From Octopus bimaculoides (lineage: Eukaryota), in contig NC_068997.1 of assembly GCF_001194135.2 (NCBI RefSeq), positions 31,189,676-31,253,675 on the forward strand: a stretch of 64,000 nt of DNA, written 5' to 3'. Shown piece after piece: positions 1 through 12,420 of this stretch; within the stretch, counting starts at the first letter, position 1, and each line of letters opens with the position of its first letter. Below the pieces are notes generated by a model that ran no database searches, was not told the origin of the DNA, and saw only the letters and a program-made list of their open reading frames with translations. The position numbers and the translations under genes were made by a program.

Positions 1-243
1 TACTTCCTTTTCGCAGGAGCTAGGACGGCAATTTGTGATGAAGCAATTGCTGGCGATCTGTTGCTACACAGTTCTGCCAGAATTCTATCAGATTGGGCAG
101 TAGATGATGATGCACCGTTTTGCATTATGTTCAAAGTAACTTCTGGAATGTGGTGAATTGCTGCTGTCTTTTTAAACCGGTTGCTTTCTTTCCTCAGCAA
201 GCTGTCTTGTTTGGAGACATAATCTATGTACATATTAAACAGA

Positions 244-1077
244 NNNNNNNNNNNNNNNNNNNNNNNNNNNNNNNNNNNNNNNNNNNNNNNNNNNNNNNNN
301 NNNNNNNNNNNNNNNNNNNNNNNNNNNNNNNNNNNNNNNNNNNNNNNNNNNNNNNNNNNNNNNNNNNNNNNNNNNNNNNNNNNNNNNNNNNNNNNNNNNN
401 NNNNNNNNNNNNNNNNNNNNNNNNNNNNNNNNNNNNNNNNNNNNNNNNNNNNNNNNNNNNNNNNNNNNNNNNNNNNNNNNNNNNNNNNNNNNNNNNNNNN
501 NNNNNNNNNNNNNNNNNNNNNNNNNNNNNNNNNNNNNNNNNNNNNNNNNNNNNNNNNNNNNNNNNNNNNNNNNNNNNNNNNNNNNNNNNNNNNNNNNNNN
601 NNNNNNNNNNNNNNNNNNNNNNNNNNNNNNNNNNNNNNNNNNNNNNNNNNNNNNNNNNNNNNNNNNNNNNNNNNNNNNNNNNNNNNNNNNNNNNNNNNNN
701 NNNNNNNNNNNNNNNNNNNNNNNNNNNNNNNNNNNNNNNNNNNNNNNNNNNNNNNNNNNNNNNNNNNNNNNNNNNNNNNNNNNNNNNNNNNNNNNNNNNN
801 NNNNNNNNNNNNNNNNNNNNNNNNNNNNNNNNNNNNNNNNNNNNNNNNNNNNNNNNNNNNNNNNNNNNNNNNNNNNNNNNNNNNNNNNNNNNNNNNNNNN
901 NNNNNNNNNNNNNNNNNNNNNNNNNNNNNNNNNNNNNNNNNNNNNNNNNNNNNNNNNNNNNNNNNNNNNNNNNNNNNNNNNNNNNNNNNNNNNNNNNNNN
1001 NNNNNNNNNNNNNNNNNNNNNNNNNNNNNNNNNNNNNNNNNNNNNNNNNNNNNNNNNNNNNNNNNNNNNNNNNNNNN
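244..1077. other. Assembly gap (N run)
   Basis: Run of N bases. Confidence 1.
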
Positions 1078-1400
1078 TTTGTTTTGCGAACAAAAGGAAT
1101 TTTTGCGACGAAGGCATTCATTTGACCATGATTCCAACGGTGTGCCCAACCCTAAAAGAGAATCATTTGAACAGCGACAACCAGTAAAACGTGTGATTGC
1201 ACACACGATATGACTTTGAAGAAGGCCAGATCGCTGGATGGATTTGTGTGGCGGTGCGGAAATTGTAGGGAAAGCATTTCTATAAGGACGAAGACTTTTA
1301 TGGAAAAGTCAAAGTTGTCATTGCATAAATTTTTTCTCATCGTCTTTCTCGAACATATCCCCCCCCCTTTCGCAGCGCGCATTTTTTCCTTCATATTTGT
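1078..1400 (+). mobile_element. Merlin/IS1595 (ISXO2-like) transposase N-terminal fragment
   Basis: ...VCPT / MTLKKARSLDGFVWRCGNCRESISIRTKTFMEKSKLSLHKFFLIVF resembles the CxxC...DGxxWRCxxC...SIRxxSFFxxSxLxL zinc-ribbon region of eukaryotic IS1595-like transposases. Truncated, and cut by a gap on the 5' side. Confidence 0.6.
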
Positions 1401-1784
1401 TCAATATACGGTGCACTTCAGCTACTACAGTATTTTTTTTTTCAATTTTTCCACCGGGTGCGGATCTATATAAAAACCCAATTAAGTCTCAAGTGTATAT
1501 ATATATGGGCAACACACACACATACACACTAAATATAAAAATGTTAGTAAGTACAGAACTTCAGCATTATATATTAAAATGGGCAACATACACACACACT
1601 AAATAAAAAAAAATGACAGGTATTTGTATGTATGTATGTGTGTATTAATGTGTATTCTGTGTCTATATATGGTAGTAATTAAATGCGTTTAAAGAAAGAT
1701 ATTTAAAAAATTCAGTTTGTAAGGAATAAATGTTTGACTGTCGATCGTATTTGGAAGAGAATGACAGATATTTGTATGTCTGAG

Positions 1785-1915
1785 TGTGTGAGTTCAAATT
1801 CCGCCAAAGTTGACTTTGCCTTTCATCCTTTCGGGGTGTAAAAAATAAGTACCAGTTGAACACAGGGATCAATATAATCGACTATTCTGCACCTGCCCGA
1901 AGCCGCCGATTTGCA
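1785..1915 (+). mobile_element. Interspersed SINE-like repeat
   Basis: Core gagttcaaattccgcc...gttgactttgcctttcatcctttcgggg...aaataagtaccagttg recurs at about 2700, 43000 and 45420 in this window. Confidence 0.6.
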
Positions 1916-1919
1916 GTGT

Positions 1920-2364
1920 NNNNNNNNNNNNNNNNNNNNNNNNNNNNNNNNNNNNNNNNNNNNNNNNNNNNNNNNNNNNNNNNNNNNNNNNNNNNNNNNN
2001 NNNNNNNNNNNNNNNNNNNNNNNNNNNNNNNNNNNNNNNNNNNNNNNNNNNNNNNNNNNNNNNNNNNNNNNNNNNNNNNNNNNNNNNNNNNNNNNNNNNN
2101 NNNNNNNNNNNNNNNNNNNNNNNNNNNNNNNNNNNNNNNNNNNNNNNNNNNNNNNNNNNNNNNNNNNNNNNNNNNNNNNNNNNNNNNNNNNNNNNNNNNN
2201 NNNNNNNNNNNNNNNNNNNNNNNNNNNNNNNNNNNNNNNNNNNNNNNNNNNNNNNNNNNNNNNNNNNNNNNNNNNNNNNNNNNNNNNNNNNNNNNNNNNN
2301 NNNNNNNNNNNNNNNNNNNNNNNNNNNNNNNNNNNNNNNNNNNNNNNNNNNNNNNNNNNNNNNN
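1920..2364. other. Assembly gap (N run)
   Basis: Run of N bases. Confidence 1.
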
Positions 2365-2629
2365 TTGAAAGGATTTGTATTAGAAAGAGGAAATTAGATT
2401 TTATTAGGGAGAAAATGTTTACTTCTGTAGTTTTACGGATGTTATTCATTATTAGAAATTTTGGGAATGAAAAAATGACGCAGTGACCTAACTTATTGTA
2501 TTTAGAATATTAATTGCGATTGTTTAATAGAAGAAAATTGGAATTGTGTAAATGTATGAATTTTAAACATACACACACACACAGAAAATTTGCCTTTTAT
2601 AGTATAGATATAGATACCATTTCACAAAA

Positions 2630-2795
2630 CAATGAGCTTGCAGAATCGTTAATGTACCGGGCAGGACGCTTAGTAGTATTTCTGCCAGATTTGTGTGCTG
2701 AGTTCATATTATTCTGAAGTTGACTTTGCTTGTCATTCTTTGCGGGTTAATGAAATAAGTACCAGTTAAACATTGGAAACAAAATTTATCCTTGT
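2630..2795 (+). mobile_element. Interspersed SINE-like repeat
   Basis: Head gagcttgcagaatcgttaatgtaccgggc followed by the same core (gttgactttgc...aaataagtaccagtt). Confidence 0.6.
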
Positions 2796-3214
2796 ACCAG
2801 AAAATGACAAGATTATGAAAAGTTATGTAAAGAATATCTATGTGGGTTATGAAATCTACTAGAAATGAATGCGTAATCACCATCTTATATCACTCTACTG
2901 TCTTAAAAATAGAAGGGCAAATCAGATAAAGTAGTCTTAAATGACATTATAGATGTCTTGAAAAAAAACAGGATATTCATAATTAAAATATCTTGATCAT
3001 TGTTTTGCACAGTTAAGTTTAACATGTTGATGAATAATGGTAGTTACTGTAGTAGCAGCAACAGTAGCAACAGCAGCAGTAGTAGTAGTAGTAGTAGTGA
3101 ATATATTTGAAGTTTCGTACTTAGATTTAAAGTAATTATACAGAGTGGTCATAAAGTCACGCACCATCCCACAGTATGTGAAACTGCTAACATTCTCTTT
3201 CTTATCTCTTTTCA

Positions 3215-3815
3215 CAACTACCGATATTATTCACAAACCAGTCTTCATTGGATAGAGGCAGATAATCAACAAGGCGGATGCAAGGTAATGGTGCGGCGTG
3301 GGATTTGGCATAATTTTGGGTATTTGGGTATTGGACCATTTTATTTTGGGGGCTCTGTGATAGGTGATTCGTATCTGAATATGCTTGGCAACAAGAAGAT
3401 GCCTCACGTGTATTCACTTGGAAGGCAAAATCCTATCTGGTCGCAGCAGGATGGGGCTCTGCTTCATTAGGCACGAGATGGTTCGGGCATCGCGGGCCAA
3501 TTGAATGGGCATCACGGTCACCAGATTTAACTCCTATAACTTTTTTCTGCTGTGGCTACATTAAATCCCTTGTGTATTCTGAAAAGATTCGTGACAAAGG
3601 ACATCTTCCTCAAACAATTGTTGAAGCGAGTAAACAAGTCAACGACAAGGAAGACCTATTTGAGGGGGTTCCTCGCAGTTTCAAATTCTGTATGAACACT
3701 TGTTTAGAGCTAAATGGACAGCACTTTGAACATTTGTAATGGATTATCTACTTCATGGCTAATAAAGCATACTTGATATCGCCCATGGTGCGTGACTTTG
3801 TGTGGCCACCCTGTA
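3215..3815 (+). mobile_element. Tc1/mariner-superfamily transposon, decayed 3' half with right TIR
   Basis: Frameshifted KVMVxxGIW..IGPFYFGGSV.GDSYLNML..QQDGA..H..RGPIEWASRSPDLTP..GYIKSLVY. Ends in gtggccaccctg|TA. Confidence 0.75.
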
Positions 3816-4449
3816 TACAATAACCCAGTGTGACAAACTTATTCCAGATATTTCAGCCCTCAATATTTATTATAGAAAGGGATTTCAATTCTCTATTTCT
3901 GTTAGATCCCACAATCGTTAAATTTTGTTCTTTAGGGTTGATCAAAAAACTAATAATGTTCATGAGGGAATTTAATCATTACATTCATCGTTGTTAGTCA
4001 TGATTTTTTTAAAGACATGGACATGTCTTCTTCATTGAATGTTAACTTTAAATTTTGGTTATAAGTAACATAAGATAAAATAATGGTATTAATGTTTGGA
4101 ATATAAATAACAGGAGCTAAAAAGACCCTTGCAATATTAAAGAGGGAAAGTAAATTTATTTTATATTTTGACTCTAAAAAACTCAGCTTTAACATTTTTT
4201 TTTTTATTAAATGATATTAAACATAATAAGAACCAATTTGAAATTTATAGTATTGAAAATGTATAGTGTCTAATACGATAATATGTTGAAAATCGTAGCA
4301 GTTAATGTGTGAGGTATCAATGCTTCAAGTTAATCATTGATCAAAGTAAATTTTAGTGGAGTATCGTGGTAACTAGGCACTTATACACAACATTGTAACA
4401 GAGACAGTAGCCCTCAAGAGGCAATTACTTGATATTTTAATGCTGTATG

Positions 4450-4900
4450 TCCTTCTCTATCAGGTTACATTGGTGCTCTATTTCTCACCAAGATCGTGAC
4501 AGATTGCTATATTATCAGTCCTATTACATTGGAGAACGAGGTGTTTTGTCGTCTGATGTAGGAAATATATTTCCTAGTAATTTTAAGGGCACTAATTTCA
4601 AAACTGAGATCCATTTTGCTGTATCCCGAAAGTTTTCATCAAATGGATAATGTCCTTCCTAAACCGATAATGTGCTGGTCCATTGGTATTTGCGGTTAAA
4701 GCTAGGGCATCATCTTTGTAGATGGTGAAGTATACAGTCATTTTCATAGCATTTTTTTGATGGCCTGATAACTGAAGAGCTGCCGGCGTGGGTTTCCGCC
4801 CTGACATCCGAAACTCGGAGTTTTATCAAGGCTACCGAATAATTGTCACATATTATATTTACAGATAAATTCCTCTGTTTACATAATATCGAGGTCTCTT
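4450..4900 (-). mobile_element. Penelope-like reverse transcriptase fragment
   Basis: YKDDALALTANTNGPAHYRFRKDIIHLMKTFG resembles the PLE RT segment YRDDGL..GP..RIRKxIIxxFKxxG. Confidence 0.55.
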
Positions 4901-4929
4901 TCATCCTTTCGTTGTCTTACCATTTCCAT

Positions 4930-4931
<2 letters not shown>

Positions 4932-5006
<75 letters not shown>
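4932..5006. repeat. (TA)n microsatellite
   Basis: Direct observation. Confidence 0.98.
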
Positions 5007-5013
<7 letters not shown>

Positions 5014-5718
5014 ATATAATACAAAATGGGACAAGAACGCAAAACATCCAGATAGATGATACAAAGAAAACAAGGGTCATTCGGAGAGTTCTTTCCTCAG
5101 TCGAGTTCCAGATTATCTTTGCAATTTCGGCTGGTTATACTCAATATTGCTCCAATCTGGCCAGCCCCAAAGAAAAACTAAGCTAAGAGCATTAGATTCC
5201 TAGGAAGAAAGCAGTGAATGGATATGAAGACAAGGACGGTAAAAAACGGAATGTTACACAAATACAAATAACAAGACATAACAACAGATGTCTTTCGACT
5301 AATGACGAACTAAATTAAGCTGGCTTGTGTGGAAATAAAGCCTTATGGCAGGAATACAAAATTTCGCAGGCACAGGGAGGAATATATATATGTTGCACGG
5401 ACGGCGGCCGAACTAAGAAAGAAAGGTCAGTCTTGGCCGAACACCAGTCACGTGGGGTGAGAAGAGAGAGAGGTAGAGGCAGAGGGACAGAAGAATTAAG
5501 GAGGGGTGAGTAAAAATGACAGGGACACAGTGAAGTGAAAAGAGGAGGGAAGTGAGCATGAAGAGAAGGCAAGGATATGTGAGAGAGGGAACGAAAGAAT
5601 GAAGAGTGGAATGAACAAAGTAAGCATGAAAGGGCTGATAGAAAGAAAGAAAGAATAGAGACGTACAAGTTTTAGATAAATGTAAACTTACATATAAGAG
5701 ACGAAAGTGTACGTACGC

Positions 5719-6002
5719 NNNNNNNNNNNNNNNNNNNNNNNNNNNNNNNNNNNNNNNNNNNNNNNNNNNNNNNNNNNNNNNNNNNNNNNNNNNNNNNNNN
5801 NNNNNNNNNNNNNNNNNNNNNNNNNNNNNNNNNNNNNNNNNNNNNNNNNNNNNNNNNNNNNNNNNNNNNNNNNNNNNNNNNNNNNNNNNNNNNNNNNNNN
5901 NNNNNNNNNNNNNNNNNNNNNNNNNNNNNNNNNNNNNNNNNNNNNNNNNNNNNNNNNNNNNNNNNNNNNNNNNNNNNNNNNNNNNNNNNNNNNNNNNNNN
6001 NN
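5719..6002. other. Assembly gap (N run)
   Basis: Run of N bases. Confidence 1.
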
Positions 6003-6170
<168 letters not shown>

Positions 6171-6184
6171 TAAAAAAAAAGATG

Positions 6185-6300
6185 GCTTCTTTTCATATTT
6201 TCATTTCTGAAAATGTCGAGGATATAGCGGCCTACAAGGTCAGCTACTTCTGCTTCATCATAGCTGTCCTTTGCTACATCAAATAACTCATCCTCATTCT
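6185..6300 (-). mobile_element. Penelope-like RT fragment
   Basis: DELFDVAKDSYDEAEVADLVGRYIL resembles PLE FDVxMGSYDGAEVCELVGLYIL. Confidence 0.5.
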
Positions 6301-6539
6301 TTTTTTACCCAATAGGAATTATCATGAAGAAGTAATGACTTCCTTGCATTCTTAATTATATCTATATCAGAGTTTGTTATGATAAAATATTCTTCATTAA
6401 ATTTAAGTGCCTTTTGAAATGAACTTCTGGAGATCGAGTGAACACCAAGATGATAGCTCATCTCCATTGCTATTCGTATTGACTATGACACCGCTCACTA
6501 TGATACGATGAAAAGTTAAAATTGCTTACTATTTGGAAA

Positions 6540-6860
6540 AAGGAAATGGTGAGATAAATAAATCTCCTTTTCATGGATGATATAAAGGTTTATGCCAAAA
6601 ATGAGAAACACCTTGAAAGTCTTGTACATACAAATCGCATTTTCTCAAATGACACATGTACGGAATTAGCAATAGAAAAGTGCACTATATTGAAAATGAA
6701 ACAAAGAAGGGTTGAAAGAATCCAGGGAAGTGAAATGCCAAACGGGAAAACATTGAGAGAGTTTGAGAAAAGACAGTGGTATAAGTACTAGGGAACACTG
6801 GAAGTAGATGGCACAAAAATGTAGAAATGAAACAAATTACCAGAAGAGAGTACACAAGGA
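6540..6860 (+). mobile_element. R4/Dong-type LINE RT fragment
   Basis: LLFMDDIKVYAKNEKHLESLVHTNRIFSND..IEKC matches the HLLFMDDLKLY motif of the R4-type copy at 39990-40050. Confidence 0.65.
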
Positions 6861-6891
6861 AACAAACATAGACACACACAGACACATATGC

Positions 6892-6942
<51 letters not shown>

Positions 6943-7164
6943 AGAGATTTCTTTCAACAACTTCCATGTACCAAATCTACTACAAGAACTTAGTCAGCCC
7001 AAGGCTACAGTAGAAGACACTTTCCCAAGGTGCCATGAAGTAGGACTGAACCTGGAACCATGTGGTTGAGAAGCAGGCTTCTTACCATACACCCAAGCCT
7101 GCACTGATTATATGTTGAAAATCTTAGCAGCTAATTAATTCATAATTATTTCATATAAATTCCT

Positions 7165-7560
7165 GCATCATCATTATTTAGCATCCATGATCCATGCTGG
7201 CATGGGTTGGATGTTTGACAGAAGCTGGCAAGTCAGAGCCCTGCACCAATCTCAAGTGTATCCTTTGGCATGGGTTCTAGAGGTGGATATCCTTCCTGGT
7301 GCCCTTCCTAAAGCCGAACACTTTATAGAGTTACAGGGTGCCTTTTATGAGGCACCAGCAACAGCAATAACTGCTTTGGCATGGTTTTTATGGGTGGGTG
7401 CTGTTACTAATACCAACAGCTTTATGGAATGAAATGGGTGCTGTTTTGTGGTGCCAGCACCGGTGAAGTCTGCTTTGACATGGATTTTACGGCAGGATAC
7501 CCTTCTAAAGCCAGCCACTTTATAAATTGGATCAAAGCACTGGTGTGGTCACCAACATGC
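7165..7560. repeat. Interspersed repeat with (CAT)n-like end, probably a LINE-derived or SINE 3' end on the minus strand
   Basis: catcatcatt..ttccatgctggcatgggttgg and gggtgcctttta blocks; a related copy starts near 12170. Confidence 0.4.
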
Positions 7561-8044
7561 AAGACAAACTCCTTTGAAGAGAGGGTAATACTTTATTATT
7601 TATTATCTGTTTACAGTAATGTAGACATAGAGAATTTGTGAGTTAAATTTATTTATCACAAAGTATAATACTAATGACAACCTGTTGTTCACTGACATTC
7701 CAGAAACGTCTCCAGAGACTCTATTGATACAACGACCTGATCTCTTATTGAGGAAGCACAATTATGCTTCAACATGTCCAGGATTAACCTCCCACAACTT
7801 GCAGGAAAATATAAAAATAACAACATTAGTCATTAACTAATATTATTATTCTTTCCCTATATATTTAATCCTAAATTAGTTTTTTAATGTTTCATTCTAA
7901 ACACAACTCACTCAACGTTTTGGTTAGTGTAATAATTAATCTAATTAGTAATAACTAATTTAAATTATAATCATATGTAATGAAAGTCAAACTGATTGGA
8001 AAATATCAAAAAACTGAAAATATAATTTTAAAAATATTTCTTAC

Positions 8045-8229
8045 CTTTGAACACAGCTTTGAAAATTGCTATATCAAAGTCTTCAGCTGAATCTGTATCA
8101 TAAACACTTATCAAGTTTGGTCGTTTTAGGGACTCCAACACATAGTCAACCATGTTATCTATCACATTTTTTTCACATTCCTTTCCAAATTCTTTAGTAA
8201 TTTTCTCTCTGATATCAGCTTTCAGTTTC
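8045..8229 (-). CDS. TRPM: TRPM-family channel exon, MHR2/3 (GKLKADIREKITKEFGKECEKNVIDNMVDYVLESLKRPNLISVYDTDSAEDFDIAIFKAVFK)
   Basis: AG acceptor and GTaaga donor; 185 nt = 1 nt + 61 codons + 1 nt, completing GG|G. Ends with the TRPM-type LIxVF...DxDxAILxAL segment. Confidence 0.87.
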
Positions 8230-8699
8230 CTTATAATTGATGTAGAAAGAAAAGTTATTTCAGAAAATAATACATAAAACTTTTAATAATGACCAAAAGA
8301 AAGTCAGATACAAAGAATAACATAAGGTCTCTACTGATGTCACAAACAAGATATGTTAACGAGACTGCTACTCTGATGCCCTAATGAGAAATAATGTTAA
8401 CCAGGCTACACTTTTAGTGACACAGATAACAAATAGTGTTGGCTGAGGGATCTCATGCTTCATGGAACAGAGTTTAATTAAAGTAGGAAGGGTACCATCC
8501 ATAATCTTTACAGGACATCTATGGTTGATGAAGGAAAGACATGAATAAACCACAACTCATGGTCTACTGCAAATCAAGTTTTCAATCTTGTAAATAGTTA
8601 ACCTGGAAGTGATAATGTGGAAGACATAACAAGAAACGGGGTTGTGTCTAGAGATGTTATCCACAGTACCTTTGTCATATATAGTGGTAGGCCTCTTTT

Positions 8700-9400
8700 G
8701 GAGAACTACTTCCATATCTGTTCACTAGCAAACAGACACTATACAATGAAAGTATTGTAAATCACAGCATCAAGTTATCCTCACACCAATGACCTGGTCT
8801 GAATGCTTGCAATGTTATGGATTCTGTTAAAGGTGGTGAAGGACTAAGTGGTCTTGTTGAACCCCCACCAGGTACTTCAGTGTTTAATGATGAAATGAAT
8901 TAAGTTTGGTTAAATCTATGCTAGATTAATTCATACTAAACATTTCTATCAATAAATTTCAGTGTTATTTCATAAGAGTTAGTTGTGATATTTATTATTT
9001 GATCTGATACCTTAAACTGGATGGAAAAAGAAACAGATGAATCCAAACAGCTCCAAGCATATCCTCAACTGGATCCACTATCCTTCCTCAGTAAATATGG
9101 AGCCTTGGGTCAACATAAGAAATCAATATTATGATTATTAGCAGTGCTATGTCATACTGCCAAACTTTGTGTCTTTAGTTAAAGAAATCTGATAAGTTCC
9201 AATCAAAGGTATGAATATCTACAAAGCTATGAATACCAGCTCTAAAATCAAACTATCAACTTTAGTAATAGGTGAGTTGTATGCCAATGAAGGAGTAATT
9301 TAACTTGTCGATGTGTCTGTTAAAAATATGACCTAAGTCTCTCCCCAATCATACCCTTTCAGCTTAAATATAGACAGGCACAGTGGAATAGTAAAGTCTT
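8700..9400 (-). mobile_element. Highly decayed CR1/L2-like LINE, RT C-terminal region
   Basis: Traces of RDLGxI and PYLxKD motifs with many stops and frameshifts. Confidence 0.35.
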
Positions 9401-9566
9401 ATTATAAATAACTTAAACACAGGAAAATAAAGGCTAAAAAACTTATGTTGATAGACCTGTTTTATCGGGATTAAAAGGTGCTAAACAACATATCTAATAA
9501 CAACAGAAACGGAAATGACAACAAATACAATAATAAAACAATCATATTATCAAATAAATAACAGAC

Positions 9567-9640
9567 CCATCATCTTCGTCTACATATTCAAATTTCGTTT
9601 GGTTAGCAAATGCCATAAAGTCTGCTGCTCGACCACATCC
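9567..9640 (-). CDS. TRPM: TRPM-family channel exon (GCGRAADFMAFANQTKFEYVDEDD)
   Basis: Acceptor tttttattatcAG and donor GTctgt; 74 nt = 24 codons + 2 nt. GCGRAAD corresponds to the TRPM GSGRAAD motif. Confidence 0.9.
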
Positions 9641-11226
9641 CTGATAATAAAAAGGAAAATTTTAAAGAACTAATTAAAACTTAATCTGCAAATAAGAAGT
9701 AATCTAAGAATGAACAAATATTTTGAAAATTCCTTTAAAATACACATGCAATCCAATAAAGATGTCTCCCTATTGTGGAGACAAGGGCAAAGTAGATTGA
9801 GTCAATTGTTGTTCTTGTATGCGACTAAATAGAATTGTTCTGGAACCAATTTCTTATGGCTGACTTGTGACCATACAAAATATAGCTATCTACATAGAAA
9901 CATAACAAACTTCAATAATGGGTTTGAACTCATAACCCCTGGATGTTAACCATTTTACCATCTTTTCTCTCTCTCTCTCTTTCCTTCTGTCCACCTATCC
10001 ATCGTTTTCTCTCTTTATTCATTTCAATCAAAGAAGCAAAAGTCTCCACTTAACATCAAATGTCAATCCAAATATGCTTTTGTAAACTCCTCCTGTGTTG
10101 CTCTTACCTTCGTTGCAATCTATAAAGTATCATGAGTTTGTGGCTGTTTCACTTGTTGCTATTGTTGTTGTGTAGCTATAGTATGGATGTTGTTAGTGAA
10201 ATGACAGGATCTGATCTGTAGATATACCATATTCTTCCCATCTAAGGACTGTAATGTAGAATCAGACATGCAAAGCTTTTTAATATGGGTGGCAATGTAT
10301 CAGTTTGGATAGGTTGCATTTCTTCCATTGTTTTATTTCTGGGTTCCAGCAGAGTTTAATAGTCACCTTACTTTTTGTGTGACAATCACAGTGCTTTAAG
10401 ATATTCTGTAAGATATTGAGAACTATAACTGTAGCATCAAATATGTCCTTGCATTTTAAGACAATAAGGTGCAATTTGATGAAGATTTAGCTGCTATTTC
10501 TTACAGCCTCAGGTAACTATTAATTTGGTTATGATAAAGAATATTTAAATCTGTTTGGGATTTTAATAAGATATATTACTTTTATCGTATACAAATATGT
10601 TAACCCAAAGCTTATTATTCATGCAATAGGTATGATTATAGTCACAGTTGTAAACTTCTTAATCTTAGCTGATCATAGTGTGTTGCTGCTGCTAATGTCC
10701 ATTGCTTTAGTGTTTTGGCAGCCCTTTGGTCTGCTGTTAGTTTTGCTACCACCTGCTTACTTCTGAGTGCTGCCTGTACAGTCTGTTGTCTGTCCATGGT
10801 GGCTAAAATGCTCTTTGTTGATTGTTGAAATTGATAGTTATGTAATTAGGGGTCTAGTCAGAACTGGTGTGATGCAAGTTGGATCTTTGTGCTGGTCAAA
10901 TATGGGGCCATTCACACTCTATAGTTTTTTCAGCTAAAATCTTGCCTTCTTTTAGGATGTGTTGTAAATGTAGTGAAGGTATTGTTGATAATATTTAGTA
11001 GGAAGAACAAGTCCTCTGTCTTATTCAAAACAGAATGTATTGGAGTTCTCTGATTATCTCATGTCTTTCAACATGTTGGAGCCACAGTGTCTGTGACAGC
11101 ATTTTCTATTAAGTTGTTAATATCAAGAATATTTCTCTTCTTGGTTCAATTTAGAGACAAATATTTTAAAAGAATATTGGTTATAAAATACTTCTGATTA
11201 AATACATATGAAACCATTCACCCAAT

Positions 11227-11397
11227 AGAAATTGTCATAGGATTTAAGCAGTTGACCAGAAAACCAGCAGCCATGCAGATCATTAAATAAACTATTTATA
11301 TAAAATTCTACACCAGCAAAATACTCATGTAGTCCTTCGATTTAGTCTTCCTAAGCACAAGTTTCTTCAGATACATAAAAGATATGAACTTCCAGTA
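11227..11397 (+). repeat. 171-bp near-identical duplicated segment, copy 1
   Basis: Matches 16860-17030; I saw one mismatch (cagccatg vs cagctatg). Confidence 0.9.
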
Positions 11398-11428
11398 ACC
11401 CTTTTCATAGAATAGTCTGTTTACTGAC

Positions 11429-11541
11429 CTTTACTATTACAACTGGGATCTTGTATGATATTGAATCCAAAACTGACTTCAGAGTTTCATGTCCACCTCC
11501 AACCATTACTACAACAGCTGGAATTTTGACATTTTCTTGCT
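11429..11541 (-). CDS. TRPM: TRPM-family channel exon (KQENVKIPAVVVMVGGGHETLKSVLDSISYKIPVVIVK)
   Basis: Acceptor gcaattttAG and donor GTcagt; 113 nt = 2 nt + 37 codons, phase-compatible on both sides. Matches TRPM IPVVxxVxEGGPxT...PVVVxx. Confidence 0.9.
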
Positions 11542-12139
11542 CTAAAATTGCGAGAGAAAATATATGATATTTAAGATACAAAATATATTTGATTAACTTA
11601 TAAAATATACCTGACTAAGATGCAACAAACACCTAATTAAAGTATGGAAAATATACCAGATTTAATTTAAAATCTATACCTTTTAAAGTATGAAGAATAA
11701 TTTGATCAAGCTGTAAAGTCATCGGGGAAAGATACCGACCATGCCCAAGTAACTAAACGTGGACTGTCTCATTGTTATAAAACAAAGAACTGTGAGACAT
11801 AGGCAATTCACTGTGAACTTAGTTCTAATATTGAACATTGGATCTCTTGTAATAGTAATAGATGTGCATCGGGTATATACTTTCTTCCCCACTGCTTTGT
11901 TATATTAAATATCCAATACAAGGATATAAAAAAAAGCATACCTGATTAAGGTACAAAACATACCTGATTAAGGTAAAAAAAATTGTATAAGTTCTAAAAT
12001 AAAACTGATTCAAATATAAAATATAACTGCACTTAAGCCTAGAATATATTTGACTTTTGTATAAAACACGACTTGTCTGGAGTATAAAGTTTAGCATAAG
12101 TTAAGTGCTTTGTGTTTTTAGAAACATGCATCAATATCA

Positions 12140-12420
12140 TCATCATCATCTTCATCAACTACAAAAACATCATCATCATCATCATCATTTAACATCTTCC
12201 CTCCATATTGGCATGGGCTGGTTGGTTTGAGATGGTAAGCCAGAAGACCATGCCAAGCTCAACTATTTCTTTTAACATGGTTACAGCTGGAGCTCTTCTT
12301 AACACCAACCACTTTACAGAGTTTACTGGGTGCTTTGTATGTAGCACCAACATCATTGGGGTGACCAAGTAACTTGCGAATGAAGACCTCTTAACTGAAG
12401 GAGAAATTAGTATTGAAGGA
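12140..12420. repeat. Interspersed repeat related to 7165-7560
   Basis: (cat)n run followed by tttaacatcttccctccatattggcatgggctggttgg. Confidence 0.4.

Noticed and set aside
120-2486. Long ORFs (170-355 aa) in the ORF track
   Set aside because: They consist mostly of X residues translated from N gaps.
7682-7800. Possible next TRPM exon after 8045
   Set aside because: The required phase-1 frame hits TAA after three codons, and there is no WNRxDIA-like motif.
10108-10220. Strong donor-like site (GAAG|GTAAG) on the minus strand
   Set aside because: All three frames from the nearest acceptor contain stops, and the flanking true exons already join in phase.
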